From Cycloclasticus sp. (lineage in GTDB: Bacteria > Pseudomonadota > Gammaproteobacteria > Methylococcales > Cycloclasticaceae), in assembly GCA_002733135.1 (NCBI GenBank), contig NVUJ01000009.1, forward strand, positions 7,518 to 71,517: a stretch of DNA of 64,000 nt. Reading direction: 5' to 3'. Both the position numbers and the translations under genes were made by a program. Below the pieces are notes generated by a model. That model saw nothing but the letters and a program-made list of their open reading frames with translations. It was not told where the DNA came from and searched no databases. This document shows positions 38,343 to 49,478 of this stretch, piece by piece; within the stretch, counting starts at the first letter, position 1, and each line of letters begins with the position of its first letter.

Positions 38343-39149
38343 TTAACCTGTTCTATGTTCAATAGCGTGACTAAATGGACTGAATGCTTCTAAACTCTTT
38401 AATCCAAATTTTTCAGGATAATAAACACCCATAAAAAACAAACCATTTGGGTGAGCTGTCACGCCTGCCACTTTTCTATCTCGTTTCATCAAAACATCTT
38501 CAACCCATTCTGGCGGCATTTCAGCACGACCTACGGGTATTAATGTCCCAACTATATTTCTCACCATATGGTGTAGAAACGCATTAGCAATAATATCTAA
38601 GGTGATTTTATCATTACTGCGTGTGATTGATATTGAATGAATATGCTTAATTGGCGATTTAGCTTGGCAACCCTGTGCTTGAAACGATGAAAAATCATGC
38701 TGCCCTACCAAGTACTTAGCACCTTGTTGCATCAGACCCTCGTCCAAAGTCTGAAATATAGTCGTCACATGATCCCTATATATCGCTGATTTAACCCATC
38801 TGTTCAATATTTCATAGCGATAATAACGAGCCGCGGCAGAAAAACGCGCATGGAAATCATCTGCAACGTGTTGTAACCAAACTATTCTAATATCCCGTGG
38901 CAAATTTGTATTAATACCTAACACCCATTGATGCATATCACGTTGTTTATCAGTTTCAAAATGAACCACTTGTTGGTAAGCATGAACACCTGCGTCTGTT
39001 CTACCCGCACAGGTAATGCTAACGGTGTGATTAGTCAGTTTTGCTATAGCATCTTCAACCTGCTCTTGTACGGTCAGTGTTAAGGTTTTCTGGCGCTGCC
39101 AACCATGGTATCTAGTACCATCGTATTCAACACCCAGCGCAATTTTCAC
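38343..39149 (-). CDS. truA: tRNA pseudouridine synthase A
   Basis: AGRTDAGVHA, FLHHMVR. Confidence 0.96.
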   Translation of the reverse strand: MKIALGVEYDGTRYHGWQRQKTLTLTVQEQVEDAIAKLTNHTVSITCAGRTDAGVHAYQQVVHFETDKQRDMHQWVLGINTNLPRDIRIVWLQHVADDFHARFSAAARYYRYEILNRWVKSAIYRDHVTTIFQTLDEGLMQQGAKYLVGQHDFSSFQAQGCQAKSPIKHIHSISITRSNDKITLDIIANAFLHHMVRNIVGTLIPVGRAEMPPEWVEDVLMKRDRKVAGVTAHPNGLFFMGVYYPEKFGLKSLEAFSPFSHAIEHRTG

Positions 39150-39160
39150 AGAATGGCCGT

Positions 39161-39901
39161 TTAACCCTGACGGACATCGCGCATGAGTTTTTTCATGTCA
39201 CGCACAGCTAAATCTAGCCCACTCATCAATGCTCTGGCGATAATCGAGTGACCAATATTTAATTCAATAATTTCGGGGATTTTAGCAATCGGTTCAACGT
39301 TATGATAATGCAGTCCATGCCCTGCATTTACTTGCAAACCTAAGTTGCTAGCATAACGAGCCGCTTCTTTAAGTCGCTCTAACTCCAACATCTGCTCACG
39401 TTCGCTTACAGCATCAGCATAACAACCAGTGTGCAACTCAAGCATCGTTGCCCCTGCTTGTTTTACCGCGTCTATTTGCTCAGAATCTGGGTCTATAAAG
39501 GGGGAGATTATAATACCCGCTGACTGCAACGTAGAACACGCGTTGTCTAATTTATTAAAATTAGCTACAACATCTAAACCACCTTCGGTTGTTAGCTCTT
39601 CACGCTTTTCAGGCACTAAGCAACAAGATACAGGTTTAATGTCGCACGCTATATCAATCATTTCTGATGTTACCGCCAATTCAAGATTTAATCGCGTATG
39701 AATATTGTTCGCAATATCTCTCACGTCCTGGTCCTTTATATGGCGACGATCTTCGCGTAAATGGATGGTTATGCCATCGGCACCTGCTCTTTCAGCTAGA
39801 AAAGCCGCATCGAGCGGTGATGGGTAGTCTGTACCACGTGCATTTCTTAAGGTGGCGACGTGATCAATATTCACCCCTAATAAAATAGTTTTTTTATGCA
39901 T
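39161..39901 (-). CDS. pdxJ: Pyridoxine 5'-phosphate synthase
   Basis: [18 protein letters not shown]. Confidence 0.96.
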   Translation of the reverse strand: MHKKTILLGVNIDHVATLRNARGTDYPSPLDAAFLAERAGADGITIHLREDRRHIKDQDVRDIANNIHTRLNLELAVTSEMIDIACDIKPVSCCLVPEKREELTTEGGLDVVANFNKLDNACSTLQSAGIIISPFIDPDSEQIDAVKQAGATMLELHTGCYADAVSEREQMLELERLKEAARYASNLGLQVNAGHGLHYHNVEPIAKIPEIIELNIGHSIIARALMSGLDLAVRDMKKLMRDVRQG

Positions 39902-39919
39902 GATGCTGGTGTTTGTTAA

Positions 39920-40615
39920 TTAAACAAAGAGCTCTCGGCTTTTAAGTATTTTACCATCCAATTGCGCATCAATTAGCTTTCGCATTAGTCGTTTTGCTTG
40001 ATTAAGCTCATTCTTGTCATGTAATTGATTGCGACGCAGATTAATTAAAGTACTGCCTAATATAGCGTCAGTATGATGAATATCATTTGTTACTACGGCA
40101 CCATACCCGACTCTATAGATATAATATTTGTCCGGTTGAATGTTTACCCTTGTTTCAATCTCCTGTTCGAGCATCAAGCCATAGCCAATTTGATCAAATA
40201 AAACTTTCTCGAATTGGCGAAGATTTGCTTCTAAATGCTCATCTTTTGACAATTGAAAAAATGTTTTTTTAAACATTTCAAATAAAGCTGTGTGGGCATC
40301 ATGCTTATGCAACAGATTCAATATCAGCTCGTTAACATAGAAACCACAATATAAAGAACGGCCTTTGAGTTGAGCCGTATTAGAACCTTCTTCAACTGAC
40401 GTAAGCGTTTTAAGGTCACTTTTGCCAACCCATGAAAATAACAACAATCGAAAAGGCTGTAATAAGCTCCCGTGCTTTGAGTTTTTTGCCCTAGAGCCCT
40501 TTGAAATAATTGATATAACGCCGTAATCACGTGTAAACACCTGATGTATGAGACTCGTTTCCTTAAATGGCTGACTTTTTAATATGAAGCCAGCTTGTTG
40601 GTTCACTCGATTCAT
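39920..40615 (-). CDS. recO: DNA repair protein RecO
   Basis: ETSL, LQPF, GFYVNEL, LKSRELF; synteny. Confidence 0.9.
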   Translation of the reverse strand: MNRVNQQAGFILKSQPFKETSLIHQVFTRDYGVISIISKGSRAKNSKHGSLLQPFRLLLFSWVGKSDLKTLTSVEEGSNTAQLKGRSLYCGFYVNELILNLLHKHDAHTALFEMFKKTFFQLSKDEHLEANLRQFEKVLFDQIGYGLMLEQEIETRVNIQPDKYYIYRVGYGAVVTNDIHHTDAILGSTLINLRRNQLHDKNELNQAKRLMRKLIDAQLDGKILKSRELFV

Positions 40616-40662
40616 AAGCCAATAGTTATGGGTGACACAGGGTAAATTAAAACTGCTTAGGA

Positions 40663-41565
40663 CTACTCAATTCCTCGATAGCCCAAGCTAATTAAATCAC
40701 GTTCGCTATCGGACCAATTCTTTTTAACCTTGACCCATAAGTTTAGATAGACCTTAGTATCTAACAGCTTCTCAAGATCCAACCGTGCCTGAGTACCAAT
40801 GTCTTTAAGGCCAGCACCTTTATCGCCAATAACAATATTCTTTTGTCCTTCGCGTTCCACCCAAATCACGGCGTAAATTTTTGTGATATTTTTTTCAACG
40901 TTGAATTGGTCAATACTGATGCTCAATGAGTGAGGGATCTCTTGCCCTAACCGTCGTATTAATTTCTCACGAATGATTTCCGTCGTCATAAAACGTTCCG
41001 AGCTATCCGTGACTTGATCTTTAGGAAACATCAAATCGCCCTCTGGCAGCAGGTCTAGCAATAAGGCTTCGAATTCCACAAGTTGCTTTCCAGTTAGGGC
41101 GGAAATAGGAATGATTGATTTGAAGTCATGTTCTAAACTGATTTTTTGGATAAACGGTAATAATGTCTCTTTTTTATCAATCTTATCAATCTTGTTAATC
41201 GCCAGCACTACAGGAGCGCCTTCATTTTTGAGCTTTTCAAGAATAGAAATATCGTTATCATCCCAGTGCATGTCATCCTTCACCCAAACAATAACATCTA
41301 CACCCATTAAGCTAGTATCCGCGGTTTTATTCAGGTATTTATTTAGTGCCTTTTTGCCACCTAGGTGCATACCCGGCGTGTCAACATAAACAACTTGAGA
41401 ATGTTCAGTTGTTTTAATACCCAAAATTCTATGCCGGGTTGTTTGTGGTCGCCTAGATGTAATGCTAATCTTTTGACCTAATATATTGTTTAAGAGCGTA
41501 GATTTACCCGCATTTGGCGCACCAATTAATGCAACAAAACCCGTTTTTAATGGGGCATTATTCAT
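40663..41565 (-). CDS. era: GTPase Era
   Basis: GAPNAGKST, QTTR, DTPG, NKID, KH domain. Confidence 0.96.
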   Translation of the reverse strand: MNNAPLKTGFVALIGAPNAGKSTLLNNILGQKISITSRRPQTTRHRILGIKTTEHSQVVYVDTPGMHLGGKKALNKYLNKTADTSLMGVDVIVWVKDDMHWDDNDISILEKLKNEGAPVVLAINKIDKIDKKETLLPFIQKISLEHDFKSIIPISALTGKQLVEFEALLLDLLPEGDLMFPKDQVTDSSERFMTTEIIREKLIRRLGQEIPHSLSISIDQFNVEKNITKIYAVIWVEREGQKNIVIGDKGAGLKDIGTQARLDLEKLLDTKVYLNLWVKVKKNWSDSERDLISLGYRGIE

Positions 41566-42232
41566 GATTAAGTACCTTTAAAACTTTTTCGGCTGTTTTT
41601 TGCTCTGCTTTTTTTCGAGAACTAGCCGTTGAAGAAATGACTTCAACTCCTTCAACATAACACTCAACTTTAAATAATTGGTTGTGCGCTAATCCTTTGG
41701 TTGAAACGACTGTATATTTAGGTACAGGTTTCCCACATGATTGCAGATATTCTTGTAATTGTGTCTTAGGATCTTTTGTTGCTGTATCCAAAGTTAACGA
41801 CTTTAATTGCTCATCAAACACGGATAACACCCATGCTCTTGTTTCTACAAGACCTTTATCTTTATACATAGCGCCAATAATAGCTTCTACGGCATCTGAA
41901 AGTATAGATGAGCGATGTTTCCCACCACTTTTCATCTCACCCTGTCCAAGAATTAATTCATCGCTTAAATCTAGCTTCTTTGCAACAACAGCAAGAGAAT
42001 CCCTGTTGACTAAGTGCGCTCGTAAACGACTCATTATACCTTCGTCAATATTTGGAAAGTGAGTGAAAATTTCGTCAGCCACGATAAAGCCAAGAATGGA
42101 ATCGCCCAAAAACTCTAAGCGCTCGTTGTTATTTTGACCAATACTACGATGCGTAACGGCTTGTTCTAATAATGACGTATCAACGAATTTGGCATTAATT
42201 TTTTTTTGCAGCCTCTTAATATCAAAATTCAA
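41558..42232 (-). CDS. rnc: Ribonuclease III
   Basis: NERLEFLGDS; dsRBD. Confidence 0.96.
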   Translation of the reverse strand: MNFDIKRLQKKINAKFVDTSLLEQAVTHRSIGQNNNERLEFLGDSILGFIVADEIFTHFPNIDEGIMSRLRAHLVNRDSLAVVAKKLDLSDELILGQGEMKSGGKHRSSILSDAVEAIIGAMYKDKGLVETRAWVLSVFDEQLKSLTLDTATKDPKTQLQEYLQSCGKPVPKYTVVSTKGLAHNQLFKVECYVEGVEVISSTASSRKKAEQKTAEKVLKVLNHE

Positions 42233-42249
42233 TATATAGCTCGCACTGT

Positions 42250-42618
42250 CTATAATGGAACTTCAAATTCATCACTGAAAGACAAGATTATGTCAACATT
42301 ACCGATATAATCCTTACGTACTTCATATTCAACTTTAAACGTTATTTCACCGATTGTTCTATTAATCTTGGCGTCTTTTGCAGCAACACTCGTTACCTGA
42401 TTAATATCTAATTTTTTCTCGAGTAAACGCCTCATTTGAGAAACTGACATGGTTTTAATCTCTGGGTCTACCTCAATGGCTTCCATCGCTGTTTGGACGG
42501 ATAAGTGTTCCATATAAACAGGGAATACTTTCAAAATACTCAGTGTAAAGATACCAATTAGTGCCAGTACTATTACTACCGCAATAAACGTAATCCCTTT
42601 TTGTTTAGCTGCATACAT
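42250..42618 (-). CDS. DUF4845-family protein
   Basis: Pilin-like KQKGITF N-terminus; lepB-rnc position. Confidence 0.75.
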   Translation of the reverse strand: MYAAKQKGITFIAVVIVLALIGIFTLSILKVFPVYMEHLSVQTAMEAIEVDPEIKTMSVSQMRRLLEKKLDINQVTSVAAKDAKINRTIGEITFKVEYEVRKDYIGNVDIILSFSDEFEVPL

Positions 42619-42648
42619 AGACGTTCTCCTTTGCCATTAAGATAAAAA

Positions 42649-43422
42649 TCAATTTATTGTGGACCCTAACCTTTCAAAATCAATACCATTATTACTAGAA
42701 TCCCAGTTCATCCATATCATGACAGCTTTACCAACAATGTTTTCTTCTGGCACAGTTCCCCAGTAGCGACTGTCATTACTGTTATCTCGGTTGTCACCCA
42801 TCATGAAATAATGCCCTTGTGGGACGACTATCTCACCTTCAATGGACGGTCTTTCTTCCATTACCAATATATCGTGCTCTTGCACAGGAAGTAATTCATG
42901 TATCAACGATGCATTTGACATGTTAGCACCTTGCCCCACGCCTTCATACAAACCCTTTGGCTGTAGTTTAACTCGTTCACCATTGAGATAAAGTTGTTTA
43001 TTAAAATAACCCACTCTATCACCCGGTAAACCAATCACTCGTTTAATATAATCTAACGAAGGGTTCTTGGGGTAGCGAAATACCATGACATCACCGCGTT
43101 CAGGCTTCCCAATTTCTATTATTTTGGTATCTAGCACTGGTAAACGAATACCATAAGTGAATTTATTAACCAAAATAAAGTCGCCAATTAAAAGCGTTGG
43201 CATCATAGAGCTAGACGGAATTCTAAAAGGTTCAAAAATGAATGATCGTAGCACTAGAACAAACAATAAAACAGGAAAAAATGATTTCGAGTACTCAACT
43301 AAAATCGGCTCTTTACTTTCCCCAAGATTATCTTTGTTTCGTTGCGTTAACCAATAAATTCCGGCGATAATACCGGTTATAAGCGTGGCCAGCGTTAGCG
43401 CAGCAGAAAAATCAAAATGCAT
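42649..43422 (-). CDS. lepB: Signal peptidase I
   Basis: IPSSSMMPTL, YIKRVIG, GDNRDNSNDSR. Confidence 0.96.
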   Translation of the reverse strand: MHFDFSAALTLATLITGIIAGIYWLTQRNKDNLGESKEPILVEYSKSFFPVLLFVLVLRSFIFEPFRIPSSSMMPTLLIGDFILVNKFTYGIRLPVLDTKIIEIGKPERGDVMVFRYPKNPSLDYIKRVIGLPGDRVGYFNKQLYLNGERVKLQPKGLYEGVGQGANMSNASLIHELLPVQEHDILVMEERPSIEGEIVVPQGHYFMMGDNRDNSNDSRYWGTVPEENIVGKAVMIWMNWDSSNNGIDFERLGSTIN

Positions 43423-45236
43423 CAGTCATTCCCTAGTTTAAGCACCGCAAGGAAGGCATCTTGTGGAATTTCCACATTACCCACTCGTTTCATACGCTTC
43501 TTACCCGCTTTTTGTTTTTCTAACAATTTACGTTTACGTGAAATATCACCACCATAGCATTTTGCCGTTACGTTTTTCCTTAAGGCCTTAACGGAAGACC
43601 GAGCAATAATTTTGGCACCAATCGCTGCTTGAATCGCAATCTCGAACATCTGGCGAGGAATCAGCTCTTTCATTTTCTCGACCAATTCACGACCACGGTT
43701 TTGGCTGATATCTTTGTGCACAATTAAAGATAAAGCATCCACCCTATCCCCGTTAATAAGCACGTCTAATTTAACCAACGGCTCGGCTTGAAAACGCTTA
43801 AATTCATATTCAAACGAGGCATAGCCCCGACTAACAGACTTTAATCGATCAAAAAAGTCCAACACCACTTCACTCATCGGCATTTCATAACTCAGTGAAA
43901 CCTGCTTGCCCATGTACTGCATTTTTGTTTGCACGCCACGTTTATCAATACACAAGGTAATAACACTACCAAGGTACTCTTGAGGCACCAAGATATGTGC
44001 TTCGATAATGGGTTCACGTATTTCATTGACCGTCGAAATATCCGGTAATTTAGCGGGGTTATCAACTTCCAACACATCGCCATTGTGAAGAAGCACTTCA
44101 TACACTACGGTTGGTGCTGTTGTAATTAAATCTAAGTCGTATTCGCGTTCAAGACGCTCTTGAATAATCTCCATGTGCAACATGCCGAGGAAGCCACAGC
44201 GGAACCCAAAACCCAGTGCGTCTGATGTTTCTGGTTCGTAATCCAAGGAAGCATCGTTAAGTTTTAGCTTATTTAATGCTTCACGCAGGTTTTCATAATC
44301 ATTTGAACTAGTAGGAAACAAGCCGGCAAAAACTCGGGCTTGAACCTTTTTAAATCCAGGTAAAGAACAGTCAGCTGGGTTATTGGCAAAGGTTATCGTG
44401 TCACCAACCGGTGCGCCGTAAATATCTTTAATGCCGGCCACCATAAAACCTACGTCGCCAGGATATAGGGCGTCTAGAACTTCTCTTTTTGGCGTAAACA
44501 CACCAACTTGATCAACCAAATGAATATCATTCGATGACATCATTTTTATTTTTTGCTTCTTTTTAATTATACCATTTACCACACGAATGAGCGATACAAC
44601 ACCCAAGTAATTATCAAACCATGAGTCAATAATCAGTGCTTGTAATGGTGCGTTTGCGTCACCTTTTGGCGCAGGTACATGCTCAATAATTTGCTCTAAC
44701 ACTTGGTCAATACCCAAACCTGTCTTAGCACTAATATGAGGCGCTTCTATCGCTTCGATACCAATAATCTCTTCAATTTCTTCCGCTACACGGTCTGGTT
44801 CAGCAGACGGCAAATCAATCTTATTAAGTATCGGCAACACTTCCAAACCAAGCTCAATAGCCGTGTAACAATTAGCTACACTCTGCGCTTCCACGCCTTG
44901 TGCGGCGTCCACTACTAATAACGCGCCTTCACACGCAGCTAGAGAGCGCGACACCTCATATGAGAAATCTACGTGCCCTGGTGTGTCAATAAAGTTTAGT
45001 TTATAGATTTTGTTATCTGCAGATTTATAGTGCAAAGTAACGCTTTGAGCCTTAATAGTAATGCCACGTTCACGCTCAATGTCCATAGAGTCTAGTACTT
45101 GTTCTTCCATCTCACGTTCACTCAAGCCGCCGCACATATGTATTAACCGATCAGCTAGTGTCGACTTGCCATGGTCAATATGGGCAATGATAGAAAAATT
45201 TCTAGTTAACGTTATATCAGGCACACTTTTACTCAT
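43422..45236 (-). CDS. lepA: Elongation factor 4
   Basis: [27 protein letters not shown]. Confidence 0.98.
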   Translation of the reverse strand: MSKSVPDITLTRNFSIIAHIDHGKSTLADRLIHMCGGLSEREMEEQVLDSMDIERERGITIKAQSVTLHYKSADNKIYKLNFIDTPGHVDFSYEVSRSLAACEGALLVVDAAQGVEAQSVANCYTAIELGLEVLPILNKIDLPSAEPDRVAEEIEEIIGIEAIEAPHISAKTGLGIDQVLEQIIEHVPAPKGDANAPLQALIIDSWFDNYLGVVSLIRVVNGIIKKKQKIKMMSSNDIHLVDQVGVFTPKREVLDALYPGDVGFMVAGIKDIYGAPVGDTITFANNPADCSLPGFKKVQARVFAGLFPTSSNDYENLREALNKLKLNDASLDYEPETSDALGFGFRCGFLGMLHMEIIQERLEREYDLDLITTAPTVVYEVLLHNGDVLEVDNPAKLPDISTVNEIREPIIEAHILVPQEYLGSVITLCIDKRGVQTKMQYMGKQVSLSYEMPMSEVVLDFFDRLKSVSRGYASFEYEFKRFQAEPLVKLDVLINGDRVDALSLIVHKDISQNRGRELVEKMKELIPRQMFEIAIQAAIGAKIIARSSVKALRKNVTAKCYGGDISRKRKLLEKQKAGKKRMKRVGNVEIPQDAFLAVLKLGND

Positions 45237-45302
45237 TTTTTATGGCTATAAGCCAAATATTTGCTTGGATCAAGGATTTAACCCTGCCCCATTAGATTGA
45301 TT

Positions 45303-45328
45303 AAAAAAACGCCTCAATTGAGGCGCTT
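45303..45328 (-). terminator. Terminator after mucD/degP
   Basis: CGCCTCAATTGAGGCG palindrome with T-run on minus strand. Confidence 0.6.
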
Positions 45329-45353
45329 AATCTTATTGACACTATTGTACCTA

Positions 45354-46748
45354 TTATTTTTTTAAAGCGAGAAAAATTGGGTTGCCTTGACGGTTGATTA
45401 AAATTGAGATGAATTTGTTATCGGGTAGCTCACCGATCAAGTTTTTAAAATATTTTACACTTTTTATATCGTTTCCATCGATTTGCATAATAACATCACC
45501 TGAACGAATACCCGCTTTAGATGCAGCCCCATCATGGACTAACTTAACCAAAACACCATGCTCTTTTATATCCATTTTTTTACGCATATCCTTAGTTAAA
45601 TCGACAATTGCAATACCAAGAACAGTTTTTTCCTTAGGCTTAATATCAACATCAAGTTCAGCCTGTTCACTTTCAGGCAGGTTTTCCAATCTAACTTTAA
45701 TAGTTTTTGATTTTTTATTACGAATCACTTTAACCTGGGCTATTTCTTGTATGTTTGCAGAACCGACTAAAGGCGGTAAAGACGAAGAACGGTCTACTTT
45801 TTGACCATTAAAAGCCACGATAACATCACCTACTTTAATGCCCGCTTTTTCTGCAGGGCTCTCAGCCACCACATCTGACACTAAAGCACCTTGTGGTTTT
45901 TTCATGTCAAAAGATTCAGCCAACTCACGTGTAACGTCTTGAATACGTACACCTAACCATCCCCGATTAACGTGCCCTGTGCTTTTCAACTGGCCACTAA
46001 CATTCATAGCTACATCAATAGGTATGGCAAAAGACAATCCCATAAACCCACCAGACCTGCTATAGATTTGGGAGTTAATACCCACCACTTCGCCATCTAA
46101 ATTAAACAAGGGCCCCCCCGAATTTCCTGGGTTAATCGCGACATCTGTCTGAATAAATGGCACATAGTTTTCGTTTGGAAGACTGCGCCCTTTTGCACTG
46201 ACGATGCCTGCGGTCACAGAGCTGTCGAAACCAAACGGTGAACCAATTGCAAATACCCATTCACCAACTTTCAGGTCTTTTGATGATCCAAACTTAACAA
46301 CTGGTAGATTTGAAGCATCGACTTTTAGTAGCGCAACATCAGTTCGCTCGTCACTACCAACTAAAGTGGCTTTTAATTCGCGACGGTCTTGTAACCTCAC
46401 AATAATTTCATCTGCATTTTTTACAACGTGATGATTCGTTAGTAAATAACCATCCTTAGAAATAATAAAACCAGAACCGAGTGACCGTGTTTCACGTTGA
46501 GGGCGACGTTGGCCATGCGGATCAAAGAAATGTTTAAACAGGTCGTTATAGGGTGAGTTTTCCGGGAGATTAAAACCTTTGGGCATGCCGCTCTGCCTAA
46601 TCTCAGGTTCCAAAGTAACACTTATATTAACGACTGCACTACTGTTTTGCTCAACTAAGGTTGTAAAATCAGGAAGAGAGTTTGCAAATGAATGACCAAG
46701 TGATGCGACTAATAACAGTGTAAAAAACAATATTCGACTAACAAGCAT
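45354..46748 (-). CDS. mucD: DegP/MucD serine endoprotease
   Basis: TNHHV, GNSGGPL, two PDZ domains; follows rse genes. Confidence 0.88.
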   Translation of the reverse strand: MLVSRILFFTLLLVASLGHSFANSLPDFTTLVEQNSSAVVNISVTLEPEIRQSGMPKGFNLPENSPYNDLFKHFFDPHGQRRPQRETRSLGSGFIISKDGYLLTNHHVVKNADEIIVRLQDRRELKATLVGSDERTDVALLKVDASNLPVVKFGSSKDLKVGEWVFAIGSPFGFDSSVTAGIVSAKGRSLPNENYVPFIQTDVAINPGNSGGPLFNLDGEVVGINSQIYSRSGGFMGLSFAIPIDVAMNVSGQLKSTGHVNRGWLGVRIQDVTRELAESFDMKKPQGALVSDVVAESPAEKAGIKVGDVIVAFNGQKVDRSSSLPPLVGSANIQEIAQVKVIRNKKSKTIKVRLENLPESEQAELDVDIKPKEKTVLGIAIVDLTKDMRKKMDIKEHGVLVKLVHDGAASKAGIRSGDVIMQIDGNDIKSVKYFKNLIGELPDNKFISILINRQGNPIFLALKK

Positions 46749-46795
46749 TGTTATATAACTCCTTAATGTATGGCGATAACTGTGATATTGGGGCT

Positions 46796-47242
46796 TTATG
46801 AAAGTTTTTTCAATATAACTGGGTTTATTTTTTGTGGGTCAAAATAAAATTTGATTAAATAACGTATTAAATAGTAACTACCAACGAAACCAAACAACGC
46901 TAGTAATACCGTAGGTAATTCATTATTTATATTAAAAAAACCCCCAATTAACTGACCCAATATAGCGAAAAACAATAAGGCACAAAGTGGTAAAAAGTAC
47001 ATCAAAAAAGTAAGCCCCATAAACGTCTTTTCTTCTATACCCAACACCACCCTATCACCAGACTTCAATAATAAATTTGATTGCAAGCGTAATGAGATTT
47101 CCTTCTCACCAAAAAATTTAGATAAAATAGACGTTGAACAAGAATCAGCTTCATTACATTGCTGGCAGCCGGATGATTGAGTCGTCAACACATCAACCCA
47201 TTGATCCTCAATACTTTGAACAATCGCAGTTTCTTCAATCAT
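46796..47242 (-). CDS. rseC: RseC/MucC
   Basis: CxxC..C motif plus 2 TM; synteny. Confidence 0.85.
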   Translation of the reverse strand: MIEETAIVQSIEDQWVDVLTTQSSGCQQCNEADSCSTSILSKFFGEKEISLRLQSNLLLKSGDRVVLGIEEKTFMGLTFLMYFLPLCALLFFAILGQLIGGFFNINNELPTVLLALFGFVGSYYLIRYLIKFYFDPQKINPVILKKLS

Positions 47243-48180
47243 AGTTGAAAATTAGATCCTACCTTTTTTAAAACCCCATATGGCATTTGGCCTTCTACAG
47301 TAAATGTATGGGTTTTAGAAACACCTTTATAAACATGAAAAGCATCTAACTGTTGACCTCGTGTCATTCTTGCCTCGTGCCCCACTTCAGCCGTAAAAAT
47401 TTCTATAAAGGCAAACCCATCTGTATAAATAATACGCTCATAAGAACCTTTATTATTCGCTTTTGCAATAGATTCTATTGAGTGAAGTGAAAATTCTGGC
47501 GGTAACCAGCCAATAACTGGGGCTTGAGATATAGATTTCTTTGCATAGTTGTACTTTAAAGTCTTTAACTCTGCTATATCGATTTTATGCGTACTCTCAT
47601 CAGATTTTATTTCATTTAGCGACAAAGAGGTGAAAACCATTCGTTCTATTAATTCTCCATTCTCATCGAGAACATCGTGTCTGAGAATTATCTGGCTTTC
47701 TAAATCAACCCAATAAATATAGCTGTATCGATCGTTAGTATTCGAAATAATTGACAGTCTAACACTCTGCCGCCCAGCGACTTGATGATATCCTTTACTG
47801 ATAAATAATTGATACGATTTTAACCCCCTAGATTGATGCGCCTGAAAGAACTTCAGGGGTTGAAATCGAATTTTACCTTTATGCTTTTGCTTGCTTCGAT
47901 TCGCAGAATAAATTTTAATTTCATCGCCGTTTGTGTGAATGACTTGAAGCTCCGAGTCATTACTGGATGTGATACGCTCAAAACCTTTGCTATATTCAAT
48001 ATCAATGGCTTCCATACCCGATGGGCGAATATAAACAGCGGTCGCTTTATAAGAATTATTATTTAGTCCCGCTACCACTTTCTTTAAAAGTGACGCAGCA
48101 GATTGCTCATCCGCCAACGCCGTATTGGAGAAAAGAAAGGGGACTAAAAGGAATAATTTGACTAAGCGCTTAAATTTCAA
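47239..48180 (-). CDS. rseB: RseB/MucB
   Basis: VAGR, DRYSY.YWVD, YTDG; synteny. Confidence 0.8.
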   Translation of the reverse strand: MKFKRLVKLFLLVPFLFSNTALADEQSAASLLKKVVAGLNNNSYKATAVYIRPSGMEAIDIEYSKGFERITSSNDSELQVIHTNGDEIKIYSANRSKQKHKGKIRFQPLKFFQAHQSRGLKSYQLFISKGYHQVAGRQSVRLSIISNTNDRYSYIYWVDLESQIILRHDVLDENGELIERMVFTSLSLNEIKSDESTHKIDIAELKTLKYNYAKKSISQAPVIGWLPPEFSLHSIESIAKANNKGSYERIIYTDGFAFIEIFTAEVGHEARMTRGQQLDAFHVYKGVSKTHTFTVEGQMPYGVLKKVGSNFQL

Positions 48181-48236
48181 TAATAAAAATAAATACTTCG
48201 GGAGTTAATAGAATTATATAACTAATATCGTACCAG

Positions 48237-48710
48237 TTATTTTTCGAATCCTACCAATTGCGTATCAGGGGTCAAGTCGTGTTGAACTAATTCTTCGTCC
48301 TGAAGTAATTCCTCTTGAGCTAATACTGTGTTCTGTTCTGCTTCAATCGCTGCAACTGAATCTAATGATGATTGTCCATTGGTAAACAAACCTACATCGA
48401 AGATAACGACAGTAAAGATCGCTAATGATGCAGCTAACGCAACAGCAACATAGCTTTTGTTTTCAGGTTTTCTACGGCTTGGTGTTAACACAGTTGGTTC
48501 AACCGCTAAAGCGTCTTGAACCCTCTTTAAAAAGGACTCCTGGTAAACAACAACATCTTCATTTAACGCATCACGAATAAGAGCATATCGATCAATTTGA
48601 TTGCTTAAGCCTTGGTCGCTTTCAATGGCTTTTATCAACTCACTCGTTTCAGAGTAATCTAGCTCATTATCAAGTAGAGATGATAATTGTTCTTCGTGTG
48701 TATTTTTCAT
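48237..48710 (-). CDS. rseA: Anti-sigma factor RseA/MucA
   Basis: EQLSSLLDNE, RYALIRDAL, TM ALAAS. Confidence 0.85.
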   Translation of the reverse strand: MKNTHEEQLSSLLDNELDYSETSELIKAIESDQGLSNQIDRYALIRDALNEDVVVYQESFLKRVQDALAVEPTVLTPSRRKPENKSYVAVALAASLAIFTVVIFDVGLFTNGQSSLDSVAAIEAEQNTVLAQEELLQDEELVQHDLTPDTQLVGFEK

Positions 48711-48731
48711 TTCTTAATCTCTATCAAAAAT

Positions 48732-49304
48732 TTAATCAAGTAAGGGTTTTAGAATTTTGTCTATGGCTTCACGTGCTCGAAAGATACGAGATCTAACAGT
48801 ACCAACTGGACAGTCCATCTTATGTGCGATTTCTTCATAATTCATACCTTCAAGCTCTCGATACCGGATAGCTTTTTTCAATTCTTCTGGCAATGATTCG
48901 ATTGCTTGTTGAACCGTTTGCCTAATTTCCTCACTTAACGCCAAATGTTCTGGCGTGTCGTTCTCTTTGAGTTGAAAAGCCCCTTCATAATTCTCAGCAT
49001 CATTGACGTCTACTTCTTTATCAGATGACCTTCTGGCTCTAGCGACTAAATAATTCTTCGCTGTGTTAACAGATATTCGGTAAAGCCATGTATAAAAAGC
49101 ACTTTCTCCTCTAAAATTTGGTAGCGCCTTATAGGCTTTAATAAAAGCTTCTTGCGCCACGTCTTGCGCCTCACTGGGGTCCCTTACATACCTTGCAACT
49201 AACTGAAGAATCCGTTGCTGATATTTTATAACCAATTTGTCAAACGCGCTTTTACTGCCTTGTTTGACGAGTTCCACCAATAATTGATCATCTTGATCAG
49301 ACAT
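48732..49304 (-). CDS. rpoE: ECF sigma factor RpoE/AlgU
   Basis: DVAQEAFIKAY, FYTWLYRI, CPVGTVRSRIFRAR; probable start MSDQ at 49304. Confidence 0.95.
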   Translation of the reverse strand: MSDQDDQLLVELVKQGSKSAFDKLVIKYQQRILQLVARYVRDPSEAQDVAQEAFIKAYKALPNFRGESAFYTWLYRISVNTAKNYLVARARRSSDKEVDVNDAENYEGAFQLKENDTPEHLALSEEIRQTVQQAIESLPEELKKAIRYRELEGMNYEEIAHKMDCPVGTVRSRIFRAREAIDKILKPLLD

Positions 49305-49478
49305 TCTCAACACCCGCCATCCAATCAAATAATCGTACGCCTTGTTGTAAAGACAACAATATCCATGAGTAGTTCAATAGTTGAAGATAAAAAGGCAATT
49401 TACAATTTAATCAGTATAATTTATGCATATATATTAGTACATTATCGCCTGTGCAACCTTATCTATCAAATTCTTATT

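Noticed and set aside
49284-49478. 65-aa N-terminal extension of nadB
   Set aside because: Overlaps the rpoE start and promoter region; the FAD-binding motif begins just after Met 49479.
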